Of a DNA stretch of 64,000 nucleotides, positions 42,940-58,259 are shown piece by piece (within the stretch, counting starts at the first letter, position 1; every line of letters begins with the position of its first letter). The position numbers and the translations under genes were made by a program. This DNA is from Octopus vulgaris. Taxonomy: Eukaryota. The DNA is taken from positions 34,472,001-34,536,000 of the forward strand of contig OX597822.1 in the NCBI GenBank assembly GCA_951406725.2, written 5' to 3'. The notes under the pieces were generated by a model, which worked only from the letters and a program-made list of their open reading frames with translations, was not told the origin of the DNA and did not search any database.

Positions 42940-43260
42940 AATGGTACTCCGTCGTTGACGACGACTAGGATTCCAGTTGATCCCATCAACAGAACAACCT
43001 GCTCGTGAAATTAACATGCAAGTGGCTGAGCATTCCGCAGACATGCGTGCCCTTAATGTAGTCCTCAAGGAGGTACGTCGTGATATATAATGCGAAGGGG
43101 CTAGCCCTTAGAAATTCATGTACAACTCATTTTTCCAGCTGAGTGAAATTAAGCAACGTGAGATAAAGTGCCTTGCCTCAGGGATGTAATGCGCGCCGCC
43201 TGGAATCGAATTTATGACCTTACGATCGTGAGCCAAATACCCTAACCACTAAGCCACGAA
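42940..43260 (-). mobile_element. tRNA-derived SINE family D
   Basis: gtggcttagtggttaggg...ttcgattcc head followed by gcaaggcacttt. Confidence 0.7.
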
Positions 43261-43334
43261 TATATATATATATATGTGTGTGTGTGTGTTTGTGTGTAAT
43301 TCCAATTATATAATCGATATCTTTTTTTTTTTGT

Positions 43335-43650
43335 GTACGTCAACGCGACGAAACCATCTAGTCATCCTGGGGTGGGGTGGGCTTGTTTTATGAGTCCGCA
43401 GATGGCTACTGAGGCCAATCTGCGCCGAAAGTGTGGACAGGGAATGGTAGCGCCTGCTACCTGGTTGTTAGCTCTGTTCTTCCTGGCTTGTCTGCGGTCT
43501 TCTGCAGCAGCGATCCTATTGGTCTCGCATGTGTTGGAACCCTTGTGGACAGCTGATCGCCATCCTTCTCTGTCTAGAAAAGATTGCTCCCAAGTGTCAT
43601 GGTCGATGTTGAAGGCTTTCAGAGAGGGTTTCAGTGCGTCCTTAAAGAAC
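43335..43650 (-). mobile_element. RTE-clade LINE 3' end
   Basis: Minus frame KDALKPSLKAFNIDHDTWEQSFLDREGWRSAVHKG...RRQARKNR...IPCPH, typical of an RTE/BovB ORF C-terminus. Confidence 0.8.
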
Positions 43651-43897
43651 CATGGTATAATCGATATACCATGGTTCTCTCATCCATGCCTTCATGCGTG
43701 TTTGATTTGTCACACGCGTTATCGAAGCGATTTTAAACCGTGGAAATCGACTCCAGGGCTTATTCTTCGTAAGCCTAGTACTTATTCGATCAGTCTCTTT
43801 TGCCGAACCGCTAATTTATGGGGGCATAAACATACCAGGATCGGTCGTCAAGAGATGGCGGGGGGACAAACACAGACATACACACACAAATATATAT

Positions 43898-43928
<31 letters not shown>

Positions 43929-43947
43929 CACACACATATATATATAT

Positions 43948-44004
<57 letters not shown>

Positions 44005-44284
44005 AATATACATACATATATTTCTTCATTGAGAATGATTTGAACCCCTGTGATGCCAGAATTTTCATTCCCTAACAAATAAAACTATATATATATATAT
44101 ATATATATACCACGGGCTTCTTCTAGTTTCCGTCTACCAAATCCACTCACAAGGCTTTGGTCGGCCCGAAGCTATAGACACTTGCCCAAGGTGCAGAGCA
44201 GTGATACTGAACCCGGAATATGTGGTCGGTCGTGAAGCAAGCTTCTTGCAGTCACACACACACACATACACACACTCACACACA

Positions 44285-44368
<84 letters not shown>

Positions 44369-45379
44369 TATATATAAATGTACATATGTATATATATAAA
44401 TATACAGATTATTACACAAATTTATATTCTTATTTTTAAGATATGCGCGTTGTTGTTTTCTATATGTAATCATTATTTTGGTAAATGTAAACACTGGACA
44501 AGTTGAAATTCAAAATTGTTTACTAAATCATATCAAGTTTCACATTTTTTTTTCATTTTTTTTTTTTTGCAGCATGAAATCAAATACAATTTGTCTGCGG
44601 CATCAAATTTAAATTTACATTGAGAAGTCATAAACATGATTCTGAAAATTGAATAAACTTGAACTTACGAACTGAAAACTATTATCTTCAAAATGAAACA
44701 TTAAGAAATTGCTGACCTTTGAGAATTAATAATGAAGATATATACATAAAGCTTTTTTTATAATACCTCTTTTCCTCATTTTGCGTTTGATTAAAATATC
44801 TAGGTTGACCTAATATTAATGTTTAGCACTCACTATTTTTTAAACAACGAAAAAGTGGATAGGGTTAAAACTGCTAAAGGCCAACTTAAATGTGTATATC
44901 TCCCTGTCTTAATGCTCTGAAGCCAAAGCGATAATATTTTTCATGTCTTTGTAATGTATGAAACAAGCTAACAAGCACCACTAACATACTGCTGCGTACT
45001 TAAGGAAAAATATATACGTAGCGTCAGAAAAAAGCAACTTCTAATATTAGGAATTTTGTTTAGTTAATTTTTTCTTTTTTCATTTTGCATCGCAAATGTT
45101 TTTTCTATAGTCCTGTAATTAAAATAACTTGAAATAGATTTCAGCAGGCTTTTATCTACTGACTTAACTGTATCTTTTTGTCGTTGTTATTTACTCCAGT
45201 TTATTTGTTAGAGAATTCAAGAGAAAGCTTTTAAATGGCCGCTGTACGTAATCGACTTTCAAGGTTAACGTACTGTTCCGCCTACAGCAAACAATTTGCT
45301 AAATTGCCACTAAAACTATTCCATTAGGATCAGAGAGTAAATGTGTATATTCCGTAACATATACATACATACATACATA

Positions 45380-45977
<598 letters not shown>

Positions 45978-47680
45978 TAGTTCTCAGGAATGTCATGAGC
46001 CTATAAGCTAATTGGGTTGGAGATTTATTCGGGTTTCTGGCCGTATTGATCGACAGAGATCACAATACTTCTCTTTGAATGGGACGCCATTCTGTCGCAG
46101 TACTTAATCTTCAATTAGTGTTGCCAAATATCTTCAGCTGGTACCACGCGAAAAATGGTATTTTATGCAAGAACAATAACCACTTTCCGTTTTAAGAATC
46201 TAAATCCTGATCGTACGACAGTGAGTCTAACACCTCAACCACTCGGCCACGCGTCTCTGTTATGATACTTATTAAGCATTCAAAATTAGTTGTAAAAGTT
46301 AAAATACGTGTAGTTTGATTTCTTCTATGTGAGTCTAGTCTTGAAACGAGACTCTTGGCCAGTACAGGTGCAGATGAAGCAACATAATGTGTTGGCTTAT
46401 AATAGTTATGCGCCAGACGTCAATTTCGGGGAGGGAAATTGATTTGATTATATTGGTTCTGTACTTGTCTGATGCCTGTTTTATCAACATCAGAATGACA
46501 AAAGACAAAATATATCTGATAAAACTGTAATTTACAGCGTAAATAAACGGAACTTAATACCTTAATGTACTCTAACGATTGTGACAAATCATTGCTTTTA
46601 TCCAGGGCAAATTTTACACAAATAACTATATAGAAGGTTACTCGGAAGGCAAAATGGTTTTATACTGTTGTAGGGCCTTGATTTATGACTTTCCTCAAAG
46701 CATTGAATTTTCTGGCAGACAATTTACGTTGGAAGACAGGCGCTACGAAACAATAAAACTGGATTTTAATTTCCAACATAGAACACAAGAACTAGATTTT
46801 TTGTAATAGAGTAATGATTAAAATTATTTTTTGGTAATTACGTCCTTTTCAAAATTTTGACAGAGAAGTAAAACAGACAGAGCCAGATATGGCCATATGG
46901 TTAAGAAGTTCGTTTCGCAATCACGGGATTTCGGGTTAGATTTAATTGTGCGGTGCCACTTGGAGAAGTATCTTCTCAAGCCTTATGCATGAAACTGGGT
47001 TGGAAAAAGCTATGAAAGGCTGTTACTTGATTTATACCTGTTCTTACTGGAGTGGTAGACATTTGTCGAATTGCTTATGTTTAACGTTACTAACCAGCCT
47101 CTGTATTCTTTTAAAGTCACCGACTTTGTTTCAAGTATTTGACAAAGGTTTTGCTTGAAGATTATTTATCTCATGAGCTCATTCTTTTCCTTAACCACAT
47201 AGTTACATAGCGGGCTTCTTACATTTACTGTCTATACATATCAAATATCGATACTGACACATCGATTCTTAAACAAAACCTATCATTTTAGGGAGACGTT
47301 TACTGTTATTATGATTTAGCACAGGTGTTACATAAAAAACAGACCCACGGTCGTGTTTTAGTAAACTAGGACAATTAGATTATCTCATGTTTACTTCCAC
47401 CTTTTATGACGGCAAGCAATGTAATATTAATATTAACTGCTTAGTGTATAATGTTATCGCAAACACCTTTGATCAAGAGATTATCGACCGGACATCACGA
47501 AACGGTCATGATTCTCAGCTGAGTGCACTTTTAGTACTTACCCTGTTAATGGCCGAAGGAAATACTCAAAAAGACAGCAACCAAAGATATCTCACACGCG
47601 CGTGCACACACACACAAACACTCATGTAAACACATTTACACATATACAGATATAATTGTGCATGTGCTTCAGAATATGTT

Positions 47681-47755
<75 letters not shown>

Positions 47756-47997
47756 ATGTATATATGTATATGCATATATGCACATGCACATATACATACA
47801 CAATATAAGCACACGCTTAAAAGGAATTTCAATTAATGGATAAAGTGAACATTAGCCATTATGGTGAAATGTAATGTCATTTGTATGTCTAATTGAATAA
47901 TTACTTAGTAATTCATTAGCACGAAACCTACGGTAAAAGCGAATTTAGCACTCATTAAAGAATTTCTGGCGTTAGCCTTTCTTCATGTTGTTAGTAC

Positions 47998-48030
<33 letters not shown>

Positions 48031-48229
48031 ACACACACACACACATTTAAGCACTTGCATATCGACCCACATGTGCTTAAGCACCATGTGAAGCAGCATT
48101 TCTGCAGATGCTGTCTCTTTCTACCGGAAGAATCTGCAGCAGAAACATGCATGGTTGCAGTAGAAATTGTTTTCGATGGCGTTAATATTTTTACATTACT
48201 TATGAACACATATATACAATATGTATATA

Positions 48230-48460
48230 TATTTCTTTATTGCTCACAAGGGGTTAAACATAGAGGGGACAAACCAGGAGAGACAAAGGGATTAAGTCGA
48301 TTACATCGACCCAGTGCGAAACTGGTACTTTATTTATCGACCCCGAGAGTATGAAAGGCAAAGTCGACCTCAGCGGAATTTGAACTCAGACCGTAACGAC
48401 AGACGAAATACCGCTAAGCATTTCGCCCGGCGTGCTAACGTTTCTGCCAGCTCGCCGCCT
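48230..48460 (-). mobile_element. SINE family A monomer with TSD tatatacaatatgtatata
   Basis: Full head-core-tail with a duplicated flank. Confidence 0.85.
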
Positions 48461-48653
48461 TATATACAATATGTATATACACACGATAAATGTAACAATA
48501 TTAACCTTATCATGTATGCACATATACAATATGTGTATACATATAATATATACATATTGCTTTTCTAATGTGTCTTTGTTGCTCATTCTTTGCGTTTTAT
48601 TTAAGTTACTAAATAAATTTCCTCGCTTTCTTTAATTTAATTTTTTTTCAGCC

Positions 48654-48694
<41 letters not shown>

Positions 48695-48932
48695 TATTAA
48701 TCCTTTTTACTAAAAACACAAGGCCTGAAATTTTGGGTGAGGGGACAAATCGATTACATCGACCCCAATATTTCACTTGTACTTAATTTATCGACACTGA
48801 GATGATTAAAGGCAAACTTGGCCTCGGGGAAATTTGAACTCAGAACGTAGCGACGAGCAAATTACCGCTAAGCATTTCGTTCAACATGCTAACGATTCTG
48901 ACAGCTCAGTGCCTTATAATAATAATAATAAA

Positions 48933-48997
<65 letters not shown>

Positions 48998-50064
48998 TAA
49001 TAATAATAATAATAATTCCTACTAAAGGCAAAAGGCCTGAGATTTTCTGAGAGGGGACTAGTCGATTACATCGGCACCAGTGTTTCACTGATACTTAATT
49101 TATCGGGAATTTTGAACTCAGAATGTGAAGACGGAACAAATGCGGGTAAGCATTTTGCCCGGAGTGCTAACAATTCTATAGACTCACCAATGCTAATACT
49201 TTGCCGGATGACTTGAAACATATGGACCTAATTAACACATACACTCCTACACACACACGTGCACACGCACACAGTGGGGGCTAGAGGCTTCATTGAAAGA
49301 AAAATGACAACGTTAAAGGGTTTGCATTTTCGAGCTCAGAGCGGAGAAAAGTAATAAGGATACAGGAGGCAGTCGACAAAGCCAGCTTCTAATAATAGCT
49401 GAAACGAGAAGACCAAAAACGGCTTGAAAGCCATAATATGCCGGCTGGGAAATAGCATCGTTTGGTGAGACAGGCTGACATTTAAGCAGCATCGCCTGTT
49501 GACAGGTATCGGTTTCATTCATGGCACCCCCTCCTCCTGGTTCGAAGACTTGTATCACCAAACAGCTGGTCGGATCTGGCTGCTGGAACTGAAACTAACA
49601 CGGCACTGTTGGAAGTCAGACTTAGAGAGGACGCGGGCTAAGATTAGTCAGTTGAAGCTTAGACCGTGTCACGTGACAACTAGCCGGTGCTGGCTGCTGG
49701 ATCTTACGAGCGAGTATTTATTTAAAGAGAAATTTAGCAGGATGGCCAGTCGCCCGCTGACACTAGTTGACACTGCATCAAAGAGGCCGGGGAACCAAAG
49801 AAAGAAGGAGAAAGAAGAAATGCACTCAACACCAGTGCTGAAGACGCCTCCGAAAGCGGGGGGCACCGCGTCGAAAACGGTAGAGAAGAAGAGGCCGAAA
49901 ACGGACATGGTTCCTCCTGATGATGTCTTTAGCCGCTGGATACTATAAAGGAGCTGTTGAGGTAGCAAACCACGAAACGCGGTTGGAATTCTACCACGTA
50001 GCCATGCTTGATCGCTAAATTTACAAGTTTTTCTACTTGCTCTCTGTTTATTTTTTTCTCATTC

Positions 50065-50100
50065 CCTTCTGATGAAGAGCATACGTTCGAAACGTAGAAG
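50065..50100 (+). ncRNA. Minimal hammerhead motif
   Basis: CUGAUGA A GAGC-AUAC-GUUC GAAAC GUA; weak stem I. Confidence 0.6.
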
Positions 50101-50215
50101 ACTTTCTTACTTTCCCGAACGTCAAACTAGTACACCTGTTTGTTGTTCATACACCAGTCTTCGTTTTTTGTTTTTCTGTAAATTTCAACTATATATGTGT
50201 ATGTATGTATGTGTG

Positions 50216-50311
<96 letters not shown>

Positions 50312-50624
50312 ATTTATATGTATATCTATATATAACAAAGTAAAGTTGTAAGGTACCGCAGGAATGGAAATATATAGAAGATATAAAGAAGAATTGAAAA
50401 TGCAATTTTAAAGATGTTTATTTACTTGACCGATTTGCCTTTTTTTAGAAAAAATTGTCAAAAGTAAAATGTAAAGCTTTGTATAAGCTCTGTTGTCTTC
50501 AGTACTGGTTAACATTTTGTGATAACCAGTACTTAACAAGTCAATAAACGTCTTTAAAATTGCATTTTCAAACCTTCTTTCATATATATATATATCTGTG
50601 CATGTGTGTGTGTATTTATACAAA

Positions 50625-50666
<42 letters not shown>

Positions 50667-50755
50667 AACATGCAGTCACACACATATTTATATACATATA
50701 TATATACATATATATACACACAAACACACACACATACACACACAAACACACACAT

Positions 50756-50794
<39 letters not shown>

Positions 50795-51763
50795 CATACA
50801 TATTTGTTTTCAGTTCCTTCATATTTATGTAATACTTCTTCACGACACGAAAGCCACTTAATCAAACTCTCCTATGTCAAGGAGAAAGCAAAGTCATAAC
50901 CGATAACTGAGGGAAGTAATTATTTCAACAATTTATGGTAGAAGTTAATTTTCTGATTGAATTTAAAATATAATGTCTTTTGTTCATTATTTCGCAGTTT
51001 TTCATTAGTGACAACAGAAAGAACGCACAGATTAAATAGACCAATTTAAAGAGAAAATAGGAAAAAAATTGCTTCATACATAGATACATAAATACAAAAA
51101 CAAACACATAGATGTATGTATGTATATCTTTTAAGGAAACCCATAAAAATATGAATGAGATAATTGTTCATTTTAACAGTATGAGTAAACTATACTTTAA
51201 TAAATGCTTTCGATGCAAAACTAACAAGAACAAACAAAAAAATAAGCTACAGCAATATGGCGGATTTGGAATTAGATTTCAGTCGGATATGGCCCATCTG
51301 ACAAAGTTCTCAGGATTAATTTCTCATTTATAAAAATGACTATCAACAAGGTTAACTCTTTTACAGTGCGTAGGTGTCTGTATATGTATGTATTTATTGT
51401 TGTTTGTGTATAAGAATTTCTGCTTGTAGCTTTGTGTATGTACTAGTGTGTATGTATATGTGTGTATCAATTTGAAACTGTGTGCATGTATTTTTGTATT
51501 TGTGTATTTGTGCGTATATTTTTGAAGAAGAAAAGACGGGTTAAAGTTTAATGGAATCTATATTGGACGGACAACCTCAGCATGAAAAACTTTTTAAGAG
51601 CAAATCTGTAGGCGTGTAATATACACCTACTTAACACCATCCCTCTCTTCCTATCTACCTACCCAGCTACCTGCATACATACATACAAACATACATACAT
51701 ACATACACATACATGCGGGTGTTAGTATGTCTAAAGGTTATATGCATGTGTGAATCTGTGTGC

Positions 51764-51811
<48 letters not shown>

Positions 51812-52239
51812 ATAACTATTTTATATATAAAGAACGTGAAATACAGGAAGGGACAAACACGGAACACAGACAAATCATTCGAAGCCTTCAATCTTCAGTC
51901 AGACACCGAATCATCATAGCAAATTTCGGCTGTTCAATTCTGATATTTGCTCCAACTCGGCCAGCCCCAAGAAAAAAAAAAACTAAGCTGTAAGCATTAG
52001 ATTTCTTGGTAGAAGACAGGAATGTGAACGCACGAGACGGATGTAAATACGAGAGACGAAAACGAAATTGAAAACGGTAACGGTTAAACAAAATATAATA
52101 TAACGGTGGTTGTCATACGACTTTAGACCAAATGAGACAAAAACAACAACAACATAGCAGCTGGCATATATATATATAATATACAGTTATATGAAATTGT
52201 GTATCCGTGTGTATGTATACATACATACATATATATATA

Positions 52240-52590
52240 TACAAAATTAAGAGGAATGACCACTAAAGTGGACACCTAATATGCTAAACATAGACGTCAA
52301 ATCGCCATTATCACGAAGAGTGTGTTCTCAAGAAAAATCTCAGTAAAACGCCAAAATTATAAAAATGAGTAAGGCAAATGAAATATACGAAACAAAAAAC
52401 AAGTGAAAACGTGGTACGTAGGTAATCGGTTTTTATTTCGTATATTTTCATTTGTCCTGCTCATTTTAACATTTTGGCGTTTTGCTGATATTTTCCTTGA
52501 AAATGCACTCTTCGTGGTAATGGCGATTTGATGTCTATGTTTAGCATATTAGGTGTCCATCTTAGTGGTCATTGCTCTTAATTTTGTATG
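52240..52590. repeat. Inverted repeat, arms about 155 bp, spacer about 35 bp
   Basis: acaaaattaagaggaatgaccactaaagtggacacc... versus ...ggtgtccatcttagtggtcattgctcttaattttgt. Confidence 0.9.
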
Positions 52591-52676
52591 TAACACAATT
52601 TTTAATCGGGTTTTTTAAATATGCTAAGCCAATGGTTTTAATTGATTAATATCTATTTGTACCCTTATTATTTAAT

Positions 52677-52771
<95 letters not shown>

Positions 52772-53270
52772 TATATATATGTGTGTGTGTGTGTGTGTAT
52801 CTATATATAGATTATGTAGTTTAGGACATCCACATACCCGAGTTATGGCTTTTGGAAATTATATATCTATATATTTATAAATTAGTATTGTAGTCAGTGG
52901 TACGTTGTCTCTGATTTGCTGTGGATAGATTTCACATCACGATTGCGTGTCTAACGCCTTAACCAATAGGACACACATATTTATCCTATACATGCATACA
53001 CGAACACACATATATACATACATAAATTAAAAAACAGAATGCAAAGCTTCGCATGTTGTGAAATTTGTGTTTTCGTTATCACGTGTATCGCGCAGGCGTG
53101 GCTGTGTGGTAAGAAGCTTTCTTCCCAACCACATGGTTCCGTTCCGGGTTCAACCTCACTTTATGGCACATTGGGCAAGTGTTTTCTACTATAGCCTCGG
53201 GCCGACCAAACCTTTGTGATGGGATTGGGTAAAGAGAAACTGAAGCCCGTCGTATACATATATATATATA

Positions 53271-53812
53271 TACAACTAATGTAGGATAAAATTTTTTTCA
53301 AAAAAAATTTTATCAATAGCCAGCATATCAAAAAATACCTTTAAAGGTTAAATTTATAAATAACTTATAAAATAACGGCAAAAGAAGAATTCTAATGCCA
53401 AATATGCCGAAAAAAAGACAAAATTGTCGATAACCATTATAATTTATGCGTCTCGAAACAAGCCGATAAAAATTTCTAAAAAATCCGTTATTACCGTCTT
53501 GGTCCCAATTTCGGGGTTAATTCATAAGAATTTTTCCCTCCTCAGCGATAAATACGTAAGACATAAATGAAATACTTACTCATACCCATGGAAAAGGCAA
53601 GCACTAAGTCCTGAGCAGACCTAAGTACCCCAAATATATCCAAAATAGAAAATTTTCGGCACATCTCGAGATACGTGTGATTCGAACTAGAAACTTTCAC
53701 AGAGTGAGAGAATCCATAAGTGAACACTATTAGATTTACAACTAATGTAGGATAAAATTTTATCAATGGCCAGCTTATGAAAAAATACCTTTAAAGGTTA
53801 AATTTATAAATT
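53271..53812 (-). mobile_element. Element with ~75-90 bp terminal direct repeats and an internal hammerhead-like core (PLE pseudo-LTR or retrozyme-like)
   Basis: tacaactaatgtaggataaaattt...aaaaaatacctttaaaggttaaatttataaat occurs at both ends. CUGAGGA GGG...CCCC GAAA lies on the minus strand at 53509-53545. Confidence 0.55.
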
Positions 53813-53814
53813 TA

Positions 53815-54350
53815 TGTTGATATTGACGAATGTTCTGGGAGAACCATAACCAGCAGAACTGAAACAAAAACATTGCGGATGTGTATGCAGCTGTGAGGGT
53901 AAATCGTCGAGTCACCATCCGTGAGTTATCAAAGGATATGCAGATTAGTTACGGCTCAGCTCAGTCCATTATCACTGAAGATTTGTTCATAAGTCGCGTA
54001 TCTGCCAAGTTTGTGTCAAAACCGCAAAAAGAAACTCGGATTTCAGTTGCACAATACATCGTTTATTGTGCTGAGAAGAATGAACACTTTTTGAAAACTT
54101 TGCATAGGCCTGTGAACAAGTACTGCCAAGCTTTTGGCAAAATTTGATGCAGATCGTCTGCTCAAATTTCTCTGTCATGGTAGATGCGACGACCACACAC
54201 TACACACCTTCCTTCCAAGCACTGATAGAACGCTAAAACTTAATGCACCAGCACAGCAAAGTTTAAGGTCAATCTGGCAAGCCGCTTCACTCTGAGTGCA
54301 ATAGCTTTGTTATTATGGCAACCGCTCGGATACTTATTGATCAGACCACG
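53815..54350. mobile_element. Rearranged mariner fragment
   Basis: Plus frame NRRVTIRELSKDMQISYGSAQSIITEDL...VSAKFV; minus frame MTEKFEQTICIKFCQKLG. TIR-like cggatacttattgatcagaccacg|TA at the right end. Confidence 0.8.
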
Positions 54351-55255
54351 TATACATGAATATGCCTTAATATATACATATACACAGGCATACAAATATA
54401 CGTACACAGGAAATCACACAGATACACATACACACATAACTCACACACAGACATAGACTCACACATGTACATATATTGATAAATAAATACAGAGATGTGT
54501 AGGAAGGTACACTTACACAATCACGCACATGCCTATAAACACACACACACACATATGTACGTATATATATATATATATACCACCTTTATTTCGCTGCTTG
54601 AAACAATCAGAGATATATATTAAGGATGCAAAATGATGTTATTAATTGAGATATACATTTGTAAATAAAGAGCAGAATCTAATCATTCTTATGTCTTAAA
54701 TTATGCAAACACAACAGCGTACATTGTCGTATCAATGTAAGACATTATTAATTCCAACACACGCCTCAATTTCACGTTACGTTATATTAAAATACGAGAT
54801 GTGTTATCTCAAATAATCATGTGTCTGACATTATGTGTATCGTTTACTTATTATAAATGGTGTCAAACAGTGAAACGCCGTGTTGTTAACAGGATTTAGT
54901 CATATGCAGCTCAAATCTTGAAAATTCGATTTCAATTTATTTTAAATGTATGCAATGGATAACCGTTCATATTGCTACAATGTGCAGGTCTTCTGCATAA
55001 TAAAAGACAGTTCTGTTCGCGAAGAATAATGAGCAAAAACGGTTCAGTAAATACAGATTAGATAGAAAAGTAATGGACACCAACTTCTCGTCTTCCTTGC
55101 CTCTCCCCATTTATCTAATCGTCTTTAGGGGTGGAGTACACGATTGATTAAATAGCTTCTCTATTACCAAATATCAAGTTGTTTGTAAATGTACACACAC
55201 ACACACAATATATATACACACACATATATATATAGACATATATATACATGTATAT

Positions 55256-55314
<59 letters not shown>

Positions 55315-55348
55315 TGTATGTACGTGTATGTATACATACATATGCATA

Positions 55349-55379
<31 letters not shown>

Positions 55380-55534
55380 ATACATACATATATATAATAC
55401 ATACATATACATACATACATACATTCATATATATATATATATACACATATACATATATATATAATACATACATATATATACATACATACATTCATATATA
55501 TACATACATACATTCATATATATACATACATACA

Positions 55535-55586
<52 letters not shown>

Positions 55587-55595
55587 GATATAATA

Positions 55596-55900
55596 TATTA
55601 GGGTGTTGGGAAAGCATTTGCGTTTTACCAGAAAAGATATATAAACGAATGTAAGTTACGTTTATCTGAATAGTTTTAATCAAGAGTGTAATCACTACCG
55701 CTTTCAACGACTGAAGCCCCTCCGGGGAGTAACTTTTTCAATCCACACCGACATTTACGAACTTTCACTGAATACCGATACACTTTACAAATGTTTTTCA
55801 TTGATTCTTAGCTGTACTTGCCTTTCGAAAATCATACACTAAACAATGGTGAATATGTTGTTTCACAAAGTTCCTATCCTCTTTGAGGTTAATTAACGAA
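55596..55900 (-). mobile_element. Mariner N-terminal fragment
   Basis: KQHIHHCLVYDFRKASTA resembles the mariner HIRHCLLYEF motif; TIR-like tattagggtgttgggaaag. Confidence 0.55.
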
Positions 55901-56440
55901 ATAACTATGAATGACACACTACCGAATAGAATAGATGATATACTCTTTCTAGCTAGTTTCTGCACATTAGACCTTGTTTGGTTCATATTTCATATGAATT
56001 TCTTTCCTGAAACACTAATACACACATAAACACGCACTCATATATATAATGTATGTATGTATGTTTGTATGTATGTATGTATGTATATGTGTCTGTGTGT
56101 ATGTGTTTGAGTGTATTTATATACATATATATATATAAACATATATTTATGCAAGTATATATACACACATATATATATATTTATACATATATATGTATAT
56201 ATATTATGTATATATAAGTATATATGTATATGATATATACATATATTTATGCAAGTATATATACACACACACATATATATATGTATTTATACATATATAT
56301 GTATACATATTATGTATATATACGTATATAGGTATATAATATATACATATATATATGCTTTTCTGTATGCGTGTTTGTATGTGTTTTTGTACATTTGCAT
56401 GTACACACATATATATATGTATATATATATACATACATAC

Positions 56441-56479
<39 letters not shown>

Positions 56480-57109
56480 AGTGCACATTCACTCAAATAC
56501 CTCCGATATGCATACATTAAAAGTAGAAGGAGAAAACGCTGTTAGATATATGTTGCACTATGTTTCGTATGTCATATACTATCGACGCGTTTCGTAGCTT
56601 ATAAGATATTAGAGTCGAAACCACTTGCTCAGAATTCATCCTTGAAAATGCCAAGCATGTATATTGAAGTAGTACTGATATTCGAAGAAACTCTGAAAGT
56701 ATGAATAGATGTTATACTGAAGGCGGATTCTATCTATGGAACGACTCACAGCAAGTAGTTTACAAATGAAGAGTATCTTTTTGAGACGAATATCGTGTAT
56801 ATGATTGTGTATATACATACGTCCCGACATGCACACATACACACACATATGCACACATACATGCACATACAAACACACACACACACATATATATATACAT
56901 GCACACATACACATATATATAATATACATAAAACATATGTACCTATATATATATATATATACATACACGAAGGCACCACATGAGCTCCTACATCGCTAAA
57001 AATAGAAGTCAAAAATTCTTCTGCACCACAGAATATGTATATATTTTATTTATTTGCCTGTTCGGCTGATAGCTCGCTTGCCACACGTGTTAGTATTTTA
57101 ATAATACAT

Positions 57110-57625
57110 ATTTCGTTACTACCCACAAGGGGCTAAACACAGAGGGGACGAATAAGGATAGACAAACGGATTAAGTCGATTATATCGATCCCAGTGCGTA
57201 ACTGGTACTTTTTTTATCGACCCCGAAAGGATTAAAGGCAAAGTCGATCTCAGCGGAATTTGAACTCAGAACGTAGCGGCAGACGAAATACCTATTTCTT
57301 TACTACCCACAAGGAGCTAAACACAGAGAGGACAAACAAGGACACACAGACGGATTAAGTCGATTATATCGACCCCACTTCATAACTGGTACTTATTTAA
57401 TCAACCCCGAAAGGATGAAAGGCAAAGTGGACCTCGGCGGAATTTGAACTCAGAACGTAACAGCAGACGAAATACGGCTACGCATTTCGCCCGGCGTGCT
57501 AACGTTTCTGCCAGCTCGCCACCTTTAAAGGATAAAAGGCAAAGTCAACTTCGGCGGAATTTGAACTCACAACGTAACGGCAGACGAAATTCCGCTAAGC
57601 ATTTCGCCCGGCGCGCTAACGTTTC
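57110..57625 (-). mobile_element. SINE family A, multi-module cluster
   Basis: Three ggaatttgaactca modules. Confidence 0.85.
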
Positions 57626-58259
57626 AAGTACTTTCATATAGATATAAACGACAATTCGACTGATTTAACATAGTCACTATTCTACAGAACCAAAATTTAC
57701 ACATTGATTCTGCTGCTATTCAGTTGGCAGAATGACTTTACCAAATAGTTTATATCATATCAGATCAAATAGAATTTAGAGGATAATAGAGGTTATAGTA
57801 GGGGGAAGGAATAATTGAAATCAGTGACCCATTTAACTCTACTTCAAGACAAAAGAGGGCGGACTGTCTCCAGCCGTCTAGAATTAAGTCTTAGGAGAGT
57901 TGTGATTGTATTCTGGTCAGTGGTGATAAATTAATTAAGATCATGTCGGCCTATTAAACTATCATGTGTGATGGAACAATAAATTCGGCTTTATCTACAA
58001 ATAAGGCGTGAGATATGGGGAAACGGTGAAAAGTAGAAGAAAAGAAAAGATAGGAAGAGCTGATACTACTTATTTTGATTATCGTGCTAAAAGAGGAAGA
58101 CCTACTGGAATGAATATTAGGAAATAGTGGTTGAAATCATTCAGAGAATAGGCAAAAGTGTTCACTACATTTTAGCATATTTATTATATTGTAGCAATGA
58201 ATATAATATTTAATATATAAACGAAGGATAAAATTATATATAGAAATTATAACAGATGC

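Noticed and set aside
43333-44043. 236-aa plus-strand ORF
   Set aside because: It is the antisense of an RTE LINE tail fused to SINE and microsatellite sequence.
56580-56610. GAAACGCGUC hammerhead-like 3' half on the minus strand (similar weak cases at 2415-2460, 430-470 and 51880-51900)
   Set aside because: The 5' core or stem II is missing or broken; too degenerate to call.
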